A DNA stretch of 64,000 nucleotides from Eledone cirrhosa (taxonomy: Eukaryota). The notes beneath the pieces were generated by a model, which searched no databases, had not been told where the DNA came from, and was given only the letters and a program-made list of their open reading frames with translations. The DNA lies in assembly GCA_964016885.1 (NCBI GenBank), contig OZ024740.1, positions 394,878,001 through 394,942,000 on the forward strand. The letters are read 5' to 3'. This document shows, piece after piece, positions 13,430-26,199 of this stretch (the first letter of the stretch is position 1; every line of letters starts with the position of its first letter). Both the position numbers and the translations under genes were made by a program.

Positions 13430-14639
13430 CACGTGTGTGTGTGTGTGTGTTTTAGAGGCGTTGTAAGGTTACCTAGCGAAATTTAACCTAGTGGGTGACA
13501 GTAATATCAGTAAATTGGTGAATTTTAGTTTTGTGAGTCATCACTTCCCAATTGTGTAGGAATATCTAATTACATCAACATGGTCAGCAGCAATAAGAAC
13601 GAGAGTAATAATACAAAATAACCACACAATAGAACCCGCACTGAAAATAACAACAAAACCTACAAAAACTATGCGAAAGAATATATTTGTAGGAAATATC
13701 TACCCACGAGCAGACATACATGAAATATTGCACTACTGATAGCGACTCACCACATTGGTATTGAGGCAAAATCTAAATAGATCGATTCTGATATACCTTA
13801 TCCTCTTTGCGGAAGTTTGTCTAGTTATACAAATTATATATTTTGAGTATACACACACATACACATACATATATACACACACATACACTCCACCCAAACA
13901 CGCATATACACACAGAAACACATATATACACACAGAAACACAGAAACACATATACACACAGAAACATATATACACACAGAAACATATATAGACACAGAAA
14001 CATATACGCTCACTCATACACACAGACACGGCACGCACATTTACTTCCGATACATATTGTCTCATACAAATACACACATATTCAGGTGCACATACTCTTA
14101 GACTGATAGGCACACGCACACAGACACACACGAATTCGTACACCAAACGCACCCTCACCACATGCAATCCATGCACCTCAATCGTACATAAATACCAGCA
14201 CCATTGATTGGCCCGCACACTCATACATGACTACAATAATTATATTTTTCTTCCCAAACTACCAAAACCCACACCTATTTCTATATATGCTACAATTTAT
14301 GTACATGTTATATTTATCGCATATCGAAGTTTTTTTTTTTTATATCTTGGTTGATATTTGATAATATATTGTTAGCCTTCATAGTAAGTTTATTTATCAT
14401 GTCATAACTTTTTCTCCACATATCACTATTTACCAATTGCAAGCATGTGTATTCAGTGACAGATTTCAGAGGTCATTTTGCTATAATCACTTTATAATTA
14501 TTGAAAGTTGTAAATGTAATATGATTGCTTGACCTCAAATTGCATTTTCTAACCATTTTAGAGTGCAAAGAGGTAAACTAATCACTACAACTAAATTGAA
14601 CAAATTTGCCGCCCCCATTCAGAAATGTTTCCACCGGCC

Positions 14640-14706
<67 letters not shown>

Positions 14707-14822
14707 CTCAGGTCCCAAATAATAGGGGGGGGGGGGGATAAGCAGAGCGAAAAAGGTCGATCTATTAATCTCTAAGAGAGCATCATTTTTTTAAATTATA
14801 TATATATATATATATATATATA

Positions 14823-15085
14823 AAAACATGAGAAGAAAGAAGAATACTGCGTGGTTGCACATGGGTTACATATGATAAAAATAGTCCTTCGTCAGTGATT
14901 TTCCAACCATCATTGGTATTTCATCGCATAATCATATACCTCAGGTTGGTGCGAGCAATAACTAAAAAAAGTTATTGGGACCAGTAATTCGCGTAAAGCG
15001 AGGGGGACAAGTAATCAACATAGAAGGATAAAAGCAAACCAAAGATAGAAAAATAAACAAGCTGGGTGGATTTCATGAGCGAGAG
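14823..15085 (-). mobile_element. (TA)n-flanked ~220-260-bp element; second copy at 39114-39330 (+)
   Basis: Both copies share GCTCGCACCAAC...GCGATGAAATACCAATGA.GGTTGGAAAATCACTGAYGAAGGACTAT...CAGTATTCTTTCTTCTCATG and both lie between (TA)n runs. Confidence 0.7.
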
Positions 15086-15109
15086 AATATATATATATAT
15101 ATATATATA

Positions 15110-15357
15110 TAATGTATAATAAACAATACAATATAATTACCTCATTACCAGAGGTTTCCCGAATAAGACGAATACGAAAAACGTCCTCATTCGTTCGTCG
15201 GACAAGGCAATTTAAAACATAGTCTTATTCGGGAAACCTCTGGTAATGAGGTAATTATATTGTATTGTTTATTATACATTAAATTTTGCTCTGGTACTTA
15301 CATAGAGCACTCTTCACTCCTATGACTTTTTCAATTTTCAACGGAAACTTCAATACT
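15110..15357. mobile_element. Fold-back PLE-type mini-element (60-bp arms, 52-bp spacer, ~75-bp tail) in (TA)n
   Basis: 15110-15169 is the reverse complement of 15222-15281; (TA)n on both sides. Confidence 0.85.
15135..15212 (-). ncRNA. Type I hammerhead ribozyme, CCGACGA core variant
   Basis: AATTGCCTTGT-CCGACGA-[CGAATGAGGACG/CGTCTTATTCG]-GAA-ACC-TCT-GGT-A-ATGAGGTAATT; 11-bp helix I with 3 G-U pairs; GUA cleavage triplet. Confidence 0.75.
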
Positions 15358-15423
15358 TATATATATATATATATATATCCGTACTATTATGAGTGGGAAA
15401 TGAAATTTCGTTTCATTTTTTCC

Positions 15424-15509
<86 letters not shown>

Positions 15510-15820
15510 TGAGAGAGGGGGATTCTTAAAAGATAGTCGACCGAATGTTATAAACAATTAAGAAAAGAAAAGTTGTGATATAAATAATACTATTATGTGT
15601 TTGTTTTTGTTTTTGTTTTTATTTTTATGTATTGTTTATCAGTATTGTTTACGTGTTGCTGAACTGTTTAAAATACTGTATTGTTCTGTAATTGAAATCT
15701 CAGCTTTAAACAGCGAACCCATCCACGTTTGAACTCTTTCCTCGTATTTCCTATCTGATCAACTTACTGATATATCACGAAAATTCCTCCTTGCATATGT
15801 TTTTATTACGTGTAATAGTA

Positions 15821-15900
15821 CAGGGTGTCCCCCAAAAATGTATACTTACTTTGATTATATTACTGATGATGTATGTATACATTTTTGGGGGGACACCCTA
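15821..15900. mobile_element. 80-bp Tc1/mariner MITE
   Basis: TIRs CAGGGTGTCCCCCAAAAATGTATAC / GTATACATTTTTGGGGGGACACCCTA, flanked by TA on both sides. Confidence 0.85.
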
Positions 15901-16264
15901 TATATTTAATGTCGTGAACATCAAAGATCTAATTATATATACTTACGCTTTTGAGAAACGACAATTTTACCTAACCATTTAAGTATTTTTGGTAAGTGCT
16001 TTAGACAACTTCAGACGTATTCTAATCTTTTTAGACCTTGTCAGCGAAGCATATACGTCCTCATACTTACTGATCCCCCGAGCTTTTATGTATTTTGTAT
16101 CCCTCTGGCTCTTAAATGTTTTTCTCCGCCACAACCAAATATATGACAGGGCTCCTTTATGGATAACACAAATCTGCATCTTACTGAAGTATATGTCCGA
16201 GAATTACTAAGGAGTAGGCATGAAAAATAAACACCTTAAAAAAACCATCACCGAAGTTATTTAA

Positions 16265-16483
16265 CCCTTTAGCATTTACATTACTCTATATTTACTATTG
16301 TATTTTTGTGGTAAATGCTTTATCTTACATAATTATCTTACATAACATTGAATCTGAGATTTTGAGGTTATTTATTTTGAGAACAATACCTTAACATCAG
16401 TATGAGTTGTCAGTTACAGCCGGTTTAAACAGAAAGAAATGAGAGGATTCTGGCCGGATATGGCTGATTCAAATACTAAAAGG
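16265..16483. mobile_element. piggyBac-type MITE
   Basis: TTAA|CCCTTTAGCATTT ... AAATACTAAAAGG|TTAA (TTAA TSD, 11/13 TIR match). Confidence 0.7.
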
Positions 16484-16574
16484 TTAATCAGAGATGCTAT
16501 GCGTATGAAAATAGTTAAGATAGTATTCATATTTTGAGCGTAATGTGCATCACATACCTACCAATATTACTTAT

Positions 16575-16767
16575 GCGGTGGTGGATTGGCAGTATCGGTA
16601 GAGGGTCGGACGCCATGCTTTGACGCATAGAGTTACGGCCCTTGCTATTCTGAGTTCAAATCCCGCCGAGGTTAACTTTGCCTTACATCCTTACGGGGTT
16701 GATAAAATAAAGTACCAGTAATGCACTGGCATAATTGCTGGCCTTGTGCCAAAAGTAGAAACAATTA
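16575..16767 (+). mobile_element. tRNA-derived SINE family A
   Basis: Full-length match; ATTACTTAT.CGG duplicated at both ends. Confidence 0.9.
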
Positions 16768-16980
16768 CTTATACGGCGAGAAAAAGATATTATTAGCTCA
16801 ATGGATAATATTATTTTAAAATGGATAATATTATTTTAAAAGCTTCCGGACATGTTTCAATTTTCTTATACTTTCTCATTAAAGTATTGACTCCGACATA
16901 TTTTCTGGAGACGGCATGAGAGAATCACAAAGAAAATGTAAGGGAAAAACCGTGAAAATGAACATATTTTATATGAATAT

Positions 16981-17166
16981 ATAACTGTTTCTACTTTTGG
17001 CACAAGGCCAGCAATTACCCCAGTGTATTACTGGTACTTTATTTTATCGACCCAGTAAGGATGAAAGGCAAAGTTAACCTCGGCGGGATTTGAACACAGA
17101 TCATAGAGGGCCGTAACTCTATGCTGCAAAGCAAGACATCCGACCCTCTACCGATACTGACAACCA
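16981..17166 (-). mobile_element. tRNA-derived SINE family A (inverted relative to the 16575 copy); partial copy at 17707-17801
   Basis: Reverse-complement match to family A. Confidence 0.9.
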
Positions 17167-17246
17167 TATAATTTCGAGAAATTACTCCAAGATTAACTCA
17201 TGTCAATTTGGAGGTTGAGAAGTTGGTCTATCAGTCGGTCAGCTCT

Positions 17247-17280
<34 letters not shown>

Positions 17281-17534
17281 CAGCAGCAGCAGCAGCAGAG
17301 CTAGCAGCAGTAGTAGTAGCAGCAGCAGCAGCAGCAACAGTAGTAGTAGTAGTAGTAGTAGTAGCAGTAGCAGTAGTAGTAGCAGTAGCAGTAGTAGTAG
17401 TAGTAGTAGCAGTAGCAGTAGTAGTAGTAGTAGTAGTAGTAGCAGTAGCAGTAGTAGTAGCAGTAGCAGTAGTAGTAGTAGTAGTAGCAGTAGCAGTAGT
17501 AGTAGTAGTAGTAGCAGCAGCAGCAGCAGCAGCG

Positions 17535-17565
<31 letters not shown>

Positions 17566-17620
17566 CAGTAGTAGCAGTAGTAGCAGAAGCAGCGGCAGCA
17601 GCAGCTGCTGCTGCTGTTGT
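17247..17620. repeat. Mixed (TAG)n/(CAG)n triplet microsatellite
   Basis: Direct reading; the poly-Val/Ala ORF 17208..17669 is a by-product. Confidence 0.95.
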
Positions 17621-18084
17621 TTTTTGTTATATTTATAATCCTAGATTAACTCGACTCAAACAGACATAAGTTGTTCTGCTCATTATCATACCCGTTGTTT
17701 TCAGACATAATTGTTTCTACTTTTAGCACAAGACCAGCAATTATCCCAGTGTATTACTGGTACTTTATTTTATCGACCCCGTAAGGATGGAAGGCAAAGT
17801 TTAATGTTTAAGACCAACTTATACATTGTGCGCGTCCACCACAAAAAAATACGAAAAAAATTTTTAAAAGCACACAAATGATATAAAATTCCTGCTTCAT
17901 TGCAAGACACATAAAAATATTGACAAAATAGTGCCTTATTTGCAATAAAGGCAGAACATTCACACACATATACAAACGCACACGCACACACACACACACA
18001 CACACACACCACACACCCACACACGCACTCACTCACACACACACACACACACACACATACACCACACACCCACACACGCACTCA

Positions 18085-18149
<65 letters not shown>

Positions 18150-20289
18150 GCTTCATAATAATTTTGTGGAAATTAACTAAATGAAACTCATAATGCCTCA
18201 AGCAACAGCCTGAGTTGAGTTCCTTGATCAGAGTCAATTCAGCAATTGCAAATGAATACTGAGTCATGAACTTGCAAAACCGGAAATAGCAAGAAACTAT
18301 CTCAGTGCATTTCTATAAAACTATACAATATTTTATAGCAACGCAGATTTATTAATGTGTAACCTAAGGTTATTGGAGATTTTAATTGTTTGATTATAAA
18401 ATTTATATGGGTACAAGTGTAAATATAGAGTAAATATTTATTCATATTGAATAGTAATAGAATACATTCGTAGCTGTTTTTCACGATCAGAGTTATACAT
18501 AAACAGAGTTTCAAATCATACTCATTCGACTTTGCCTTAGGCTATTGGCGTGAAATTTCAGCGATTAGGATCATAATTGAGTCCAGGATACAGTTGGCCG
18601 AGAGCCGCTATACGATCACTGTCAGCAAAAAGTATTTGGCAATCTTCCCTTAAATTACATTCTACTCTCTGAAACAAGGAAGGACACATTATGTAATGTA
18701 GTCCTAGATATTTCTAGGAAGACGGGAGGAACATAAGTGGAATGCCCTTCATCGTGGTTTTGCTTCAGCAGGATATTCAGCAAGATATTCTGATTTACGA
18801 AAATGAAATTAGCACATAATTTTAGTTACTGCTAGTATGGGAGAGAAATCGTCATCAAATCTCGAAATAGCATTCAAATTACCCTGAGATCATAATAAAA
18901 AAGGAGCATATGTTTCTAAATAATGTATTCCTAAATACATTATAACTTTAACAAAGATGTTTGAATGGCTTGAATCATAGATCAACACAATTAGAGATGA
19001 CTTGAGGCTAAACCAGACAAAAATTATCTTTTCAATATCAAAACAATTAAAGAACCCTGTGATCGTTCCACTGTTAGAATAAGAAATCAAATCTCGCTCA
19101 AATCACATCACCTTCTCCGCAATAAACCGTATACGAGAAAGATGAAATAGTTTTGGAATCCCTTTTATTAGATATTTTCTCAGTTGTATCTGACTTTGGG
19201 TTAAACAACAACAGCGAAAACAATTCAACAATTTCTCTTGAAAAAAAAGTGGGAAGGACAGGAAATTTCGAATGTCATTCCGTAATGAGAAACAAAGCAG
19301 ACTTTACTTGATGAACGTAGCAGTAAGGTGTTATCGTCCGTGTTAATGCCTTGTGTGTCAGTAACCTGCTGCTGGTTTATCATCAGGTATCGTCTGATCT
19401 CAACATACTGTCTTATACATTCATTTTTCCTAATATCCAAAATGTTTTGATTTTTCCCTTCTTGATAGTGTATAGTAAAGATATTTAGTTGTCATTGTTT
19501 GTACTTCATCATTGATTTTTGTCTTTGATATTATCAAAATACTTCTGTTGGACCACATCTGAAAGACTTCTAATTTATTTGATGATATTTTTGTTAATAT
19601 TCATGTTTTGAACGGTCACAAAAGAGCTGAAACGTGAATATTATTATTTTATTCGTCTAACGTAACGTAACATAAAAATAAAGAGATGCTGACATCTTTA
19701 ATATCAATTACATATGCATGACATATTCATTGAAGCCAGCCGTACCACAAAAAGGAATATAATTTACTCGTCGGAAATTGTGTTCTAGCTAACGTTTTCC
19801 CTCGCTCCCTCAAGTTACAAACGCAAGTTATTTTATATGTTTGCATAAACAAAATATACAAAATAGAAACATAAATGTATAAGAAAAAAATGTAAAAAAC
19901 ACAAAATCTCATTTCAGGGTAGTTTTAATCTCAAGAGGCAGGAACTTAATACGCAACCAATAAATGTTACCGATTAACACTTAGAGCATTTATTTTTCGT
20001 TTCAGCCGGAACGATATCTCTTGAAATTATACAAGACTAGACATGAAAAACAAACAAACAAGATAAACTGCCAGAAATATCCGTTGAAATGCTTGTCAGT
20101 GTTTTTGGGGTGGGTTTTACATTTGAGACTTGTTATTCTAAAGAGATGGGGATAGTATTTAAGTTTGTATGTTTTTGTGTGAATGTGAGTGTATATTTGC
20201 AAAATAGAATTTGTATATACATTTATATACATTCATATATAAATATACATGTATGTGCGTATGCTTGCCTGTCGCTCACAGGGAATCGA

Positions 20290-22060
20290 CGTTCGTTTTT
20301 ACCCCCCCCCCCCCCCAAAAAAAAAACGACCCCCTCAAAGAAAATGTGGACCTTCACAAAGAAAAAACACCCCAACCCATTAAATAAAATTACCTATTCC
20401 TTACCCAAATACCGGCTACATATAGTCTTAATGGCTACATAGCCTTTAATCGGCTACTTAACCTTTAACCGGGTACATTGCCTCTTACCGGCTACAAAGC
20501 CTTTACCAGCTACATAGCTTCATACCGGCTATATAGCCTTTACCGGCTACATAGCTTCTTACCGGTTATATAGCTTTTACCGGTTACATAGCCTCTTACC
20601 AGTTAAATCCAAATAAAAACCAGACCCCAAATAAAAACAGACATCCCTCGAAAAAGACGGATCCCCACAAATAAAAAACCAGATCTCCCCCCCCCCCTAA
20701 ATAAAAAAGCATTGCCCCAAAATATTAAACGACCCCTCTCCTAATAAAAAAGCAACCCCACAAAAAACGGATTTTCTCCCTTCTCCAAATAGAAAACGGA
20801 CCCTCCATATACAAAACGCCCCCACCCCTCAAAAAATAACGGACCCCCCCCCCATTAAAAAACGATCCCCGCCAAATAAAAAGACCGACCTCCCCAAAAT
20901 AAAAAAAACGGATCCCACCAAAGAAAGAAAGGGCTTCCCCCAAATAAAAAACAAATCCACCACAAAACGTATTTCCCCCCTTTCCCATATAGAAAACTGC
21001 CCCCAAAATATAAAGCCCCCCCCACAAAAAAAAATAACGGACCCTCCCAATAAAAAGTGGAGCCCCAAATAAAAACAGATCCCCGCCAAATAATAAATGG
21101 ACCCCACAAATAAAAAATTGATCCCCCCCCCCGCCCAAATAGGAAACGGACCCCCCAAAAAATATATACCCAGTGATAGACTATATAGCCGATAATATAT
21201 TATGTAGCCGACAAAACAATTAGGTAAATGATGTGGCTGATAAAACGCTATGTAGCCGGTAAAAGGCTGTATAGTCGGTAAAATGCTATGTAGCCGGTAA
21301 ATGGCTTTATAGCCGGAAAGAGGCTATGTAGCCTGTAAAAGGCTATGTGACCGGTAAATTCTATGTAACCGGTAAGAATCTATGAATCTGGTAACGGCGA
21401 TGTAGCCGGTAAATTGCATTATAGCCGGAGAGACAATGTAGCCTGTAAAAAGCTATGTAACAAGTACGAAGCTATGTTGCCGGTAAATCTTTGTAGCCGC
21501 TAAAATGCTATGTAGCCGGGAAAAGGCTCTGTAGCCGGTAAAAGAGTATGTAGTCACTACGAGGTTATATAGCCGGTAAAGGCTATGTAGCCGGTAATAA
21601 GCTATGTAGCCGGTAAAGGGATATGTAGCCGTTAAAGGTTATGTAGCTGGTAACAATATACGGACACCCCTTATAGAAAACGACCCACCCCATAAAAAGC
21701 CCCCCCCCCCATAAAATACGCCCCCCCCCCTCTCAATAAAAAACCCATCCCCAATAAAAAACAGACTCCCCCAATCAATAAAAATCGAACCACCATTCAA
21801 AAATAGACACCTCCCAATAATAAACGGATACCCCACCCCCTATAAAACGGACCGCCCCAATAAAAAGTGCCCTCTCCTATTTAAACGGACTCCCCCCCCC
21901 CCCTAATAAAAAGGACCCCCAATAATTAACGGTCCCACCTAATAAAAACACCCCCAATAATTAAGGCCCCCCCCCCCCAAATAAAAAACGGGCCCTCAAA
22001 TATTAACGCCCCCTCCCCTTCCTAATAAAAACAGACCCCAATAAAAACGGACCCCGCACC
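20290..22060. repeat. Composite minisatellite: ~19-21-bp GGCTATGTAGCCGGTAAA arrays in opposite orientations interleaved with AATAAAAAACGGACCCCC arrays
   Basis: TACCGGCTACATAGCC units ~20410-20605; GGCTATGTAGCCGGTA units ~21180-21655; C-rich units ~20605-21160 and ~21660-22060. Confidence 0.85.
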
Positions 22061-22101
22061 CGAACACGAACACACATTTATACATATATATACATATATA
22101 A

Positions 22102-22134
<33 letters not shown>

Positions 22135-22669
22135 AATTCTTCTCTGTATATACATTTAATGATATAGGTTTTTTAAAAACTCACTTGTTTATGAATTAAC
22201 CAAAATATTTACGAAACAGAATACTGACACTTAAAAACATTTGCAAAATAAACAATAGTATAATTGTATGTTTATTGCCTGTTTTTGGTGTTATTTTTCT
22301 TAGAACAAAGTCTGTACATTCTGAAATATAAAGTAACATTCATGCATTCCCGTTAGAGAATGAAAGGAAATCACATTACTGTTCTGGTGATCTGCTCCAA
22401 TGTAGCTGTATCGAATAAGTAGGGCGCTTACTGTAAAAAGCACTTGATATTATTTCACTTAATACTGAGCTCTACATACACTAAGATCAATGTGATTGCC
22501 TCTACATGGTCACGCAACCTGCCAGAAAAAATAGTCAAATTCGTCACAAATAATTTTAAAAAGAGAGAACACTTTAGATAATGTAATTCGCGTTATACAA
22601 ACCTAGACATTCACATCTGGAATATCTTTGATCATGAGACTTCTTTATCAAGCATATCTCAAAATATCA

Positions 22670-22990
22670 GTTGATTAGGACTTCCTCATCAATACACTGC
22701 AACTACTAACTAACACATGTGATGTTTCCTCCCTTTGTCTCTACTACAGAAAATACAATAAATACTCTTTTGAACTAGCTAGCTACGAGACTCTTCCATT
22801 GAGATCCACTCAATACTCCTGTATCTCTTGTTGCCCTTACTAGATCTAACTTCCCAAGTCCCACACTAAACGCTTCAACTCATCTTTCATTCTCAAAACA
22901 ATAATTCCTTGGAAACCCTCCTTTCTTCGGAAGACACCAACACAGATCTAACTAAACACCAGCGACATTAATTCTTCCTCTGGCTAATAA
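22670..22990 (+). mobile_element. Decayed CR1/L2/Jockey-group LINE 3' fragment
   Basis: Translates DVSSLCLYYRKYNKYSFELAS...SSFILKT..PWKP (cf. RRDVASL.LFYRY...SFIPRT..LWN.LP). Confidence 0.5.
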
Positions 22991-23202
22991 AATATATATC
23001 AACAACAACAAAAAATTGAAATACAAGGCCGTCTACAACCAGAGGCATCAATCAATGGGTGACCTGTCCTTTTGTCTACGTATGATGTTTTTTAGCGAAA
23101 TAAAATGAAATAACTACTGCTAATAACTACTTCGATTCAGTGTGTCTAATTTGAAAGCACTTACACAGCATCGTTTATCCTGTTGGTGAAAACTTATTAT
23201 AT

Positions 23203-23793
23203 AGGGTCGGACGGCATGCTTTGACGCATAGAGTTACAGCCCTTGCCATTCTGAGTTCAAATCCCGCCGAGGTTAACTTTGCCTTTCATCCTTACGGGGT
23301 CGATAAAATAAAGTACCAGTAATGCACTGGTTAATTGCTGGCCTTGTGCCAAAAGTAGAAACCGTTATTATTTTGTTGGGAGGGGGTTTGGCAGTATCGG
23401 TAGAGCGTCCAGACACCGTGATTTGCAACATAGAGTTACAGCCCTTTACGGTCTGAGTTCAAATCCCGCTGCGGTTAACTTTGCATTTCATGCTTACGGG
23501 GTCGATAAAATAAAGTACCAGTCACGCACGGGGGTCCATTTAATCGACTTTCCCTTCCCCAAAATTGCTTGTGCCTATATAAGAAACCATTATTGTGTTG
23601 GGAGGTAGTTTGGCAGTATCGATAGAGCGTCAGACGCCGTGATTTGCAGCATAGAGTTATGGCCCTTTACGTTCTGAGTTAAAATCCCGCCGAGGTTAAC
23701 TTTGCCTCTTATCCTTACGGAGCTGCTAAAATAAAGCACCAGTAATGCACTGGGGTAATTGCTGGCCTTGTGCCAATGGTTGAAACGCTTTTA
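23203..23793 (+). mobile_element. Three head-to-tail SINE family A copies
   Basis: Units ~23203-23370, 23381-23592 and 23602-23793, each followed by TTATT(T/G)TGTTGGG. Confidence 0.85.
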
Positions 23794-24067
23794 TTGTGTT
23801 GGGTATTATCATAATCATTGTTATTGTTGTTACAATTGTCGCTGTTGTTGTTGTTTCAGTTGTTTTTTATGTTATTTGTGTTATCGTTGTTGTTATTGTT
23901 GTTTTATGGAATGATAAATAAAACGTGGTAGTATGCCATCTTGAGGATTTAACATTTTTTCCGTACAATACAGTGGAAAACGAATGTGTAGACGTGTAAT
24001 ATAATATAATGCAACACATAGCAATGCAATGTGTTGTTTGGTATGATTGCATTATTTTCCAGTTTCA

Positions 24068-24385
24068 AGGGCGGTGGTTTGGCAGTATCGGTAGAGCGTC
24101 TGACACCATGCCTTGAAGCATAGTTATGGCCCTTTGCGTTCTGAGTTCAAATCCGCCGAGGTTAACTTTGCCTTTCACCCTTACAGGGTCGATAAAATAA
24201 AGTACCAGTAATGCACTGGAGTAATCGGTGGCCTTGTGCCAAAAGTAGAAACTCTTTACGTCCCTTTACGGACTGAGTTCAAATCCCGCCGAGGTTAACT
24301 TTGTCTTTCATCCTTAGGGGGTCGATAAAATAAAGTACCAGTAATGTACTGGGTAATTACTGGCCTTCTGCCAATAGTAGAAACA
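24068..24385 (+). mobile_element. SINE family A partial dimer inside a single 17-bp TSD
   Basis: TSD ATTATTTTCCAGTTTCA at 24051-24067 and 24386-24402. Confidence 0.9.
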
Positions 24386-24656
24386 ATTATTTTCCAGTTT
24401 CATTTGAATATTATATCATGTTTACAAACCGCATAACCACACCAATATTTCCACATTAAATGTAGTTAAACTCACATATCCATGGAAATAATTAGTTTGT
24501 GTTGTTATTGAGGTGGTTGGTAGTGTAGTTGTTGTTTAGCCTTGGATCAGCCTTCATTGAGCAGACAAAGCTAAGGGTCGAAAGAGTTTTACATGTGACT
24601 AACTCATGTTTTGTTTTGCAGGCCGGATATCAAGAATTACATTATTGAATATATCC

Positions 24657-24842
24657 AGGGCGGTGTATTGGCAGTATCGGTAGAGGGTCGGACACCATGC
24701 TTTCCAGCATAGTTACGTCCCTTTACGATCTGAGTTCAAATCCCGCCGAGGTTAACTTTGCCTTTCATCCTTACGGGGTCGATAAAATAAAGTACCAGTA
24801 ATGTACTGGGTATTTGCTGGCCTTGTGCCTAAAGTAGAAACA
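24657..24842 (+). mobile_element. SINE family A with 16-bp TSD; further copies at 25004-25165 (-), 30001-30157 (-), 36095-36280 (+), 57410-57612 (-)
   Basis: TSD ATTATTGAATATATCC at 24641-24656 and 24843-24858. Confidence 0.9.
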
Positions 24843-24926
24843 ATTATTGAATATATCCCTCCTTGACCATCTTCTTATATCCATCTTCTATATATACATG
24901 TATATAATGTTATTGAATTCTACTTC

Positions 24927-24988
<62 letters not shown>

Positions 24989-25299
24989 CACACATATATA
25001 TATATAATTGTTTCTACTTTTGGCACAAGGCCAGCAATTACCCAGTGTATTACTGGTACTTTATTTTATCGACCCCGTAAGGATGAAAGACAAAGTTAAC
25101 CTCGGCTGCATTTGAACTCCGAATGGCAAGGGACGTCACTCTATGCGTCACAGCATCGTCCGATGTTTGTTTACAAACACACCGAGCATTATAATAAATG
25201 TTCGGTGAATCCATACATACATATATATATGTGTGCATGTATGTATATATATATACATACTACTGTACGTCTGTATACATATATGTATGTACGTGTACA

Positions 25300-25345
<46 letters not shown>

Positions 25346-25442
25346 GTTATTGAATTCTACTGCATTATATATACATATATAGATATAAGAAGATGGTCAA
25401 GGAGGGATATATTCAATAATGTAATTATATATATATACATAC

Positions 25443-25535
<93 letters not shown>

Positions 25536-25540
<5 letters not shown>

Positions 25541-25803
25541 GAAACCAAAGAACGCTTACATACTCAAACAGTTTTTATTTGCTTACAATGTTTCATCCAT
25601 ACCGTTGGGTAGGAATCATTAGAGCTTAATAAACACAATCCTGAGTATAAGCTCTACCAAGCTTATATATATATAAGCTTGGTACCGCTGATACTCAGCA
25701 TTGTGTTTATTAAGCTCTGATGATTACTACCCAACGTTATGGATGAAAAATTGTAAGCAAATAAAAACTGTTTGAGTATGTAAGCGTTCTTTGGTTTCTT
25801 TTA
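25536..25803. mobile_element. Fold-back HHR-bearing mini-element (113-bp arms, palindromic centre around a short TA run)
   Basis: 25536-25648 matches the reverse complement of 25691-25803. Arm consensus GCT-CTGATGA-T[TCCTAC..GTATGGA]T-GAA-AC-ATT-GT-A-AGC. Confidence 0.85.
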
Positions 25804-25875
25804 CACACACATATATACGTATATATATATACATATATATATATACATATATATATACATATATATATATATATG

Positions 25876-25937
<62 letters not shown>

Positions 25938-26199
25938 GTTTAATTTTGGTGGTTTACCACTGGGTAGACTTTGTCATTCTGCAATGTCAACCAGACGTAA
26001 TAATGAAAAGCACTCGACGTTATCAAGCTTGAATGCTGAATCAGGGAAACAAACAAAGGGTCCATACTTTTTCATTGTTTGGATTAATGCCATTTTAGAT
26101 GTCGTCAAGCTCAGCAAACTAAAAATCATTGCAGAAGGTTACCAACGCCCCCATTCGAGGATTGTAATTGGAAATGAGACGCAGTGCTATGAGATGTAA

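Noticed and set aside
17208-17669. 153-aa poly-Val/Ala ORF
   Set aside because: Reading frame through the TAG/CAG repeat.
20725-21158. Gly/Phe-rich ORFs
   Set aside because: Translations of the C-rich minisatellite.
21180-21655. CRISPR-like short palindromic repeats
   Set aside because: Head-to-tail degenerate minisatellite without spacers.
23203-23793. CRISPR-like or tRNA-gene array
   Set aside because: Units are ~190-bp SINEs with extended A-B box spacing and LINE-like tails; there are no unique spacers and the context is eukaryotic.
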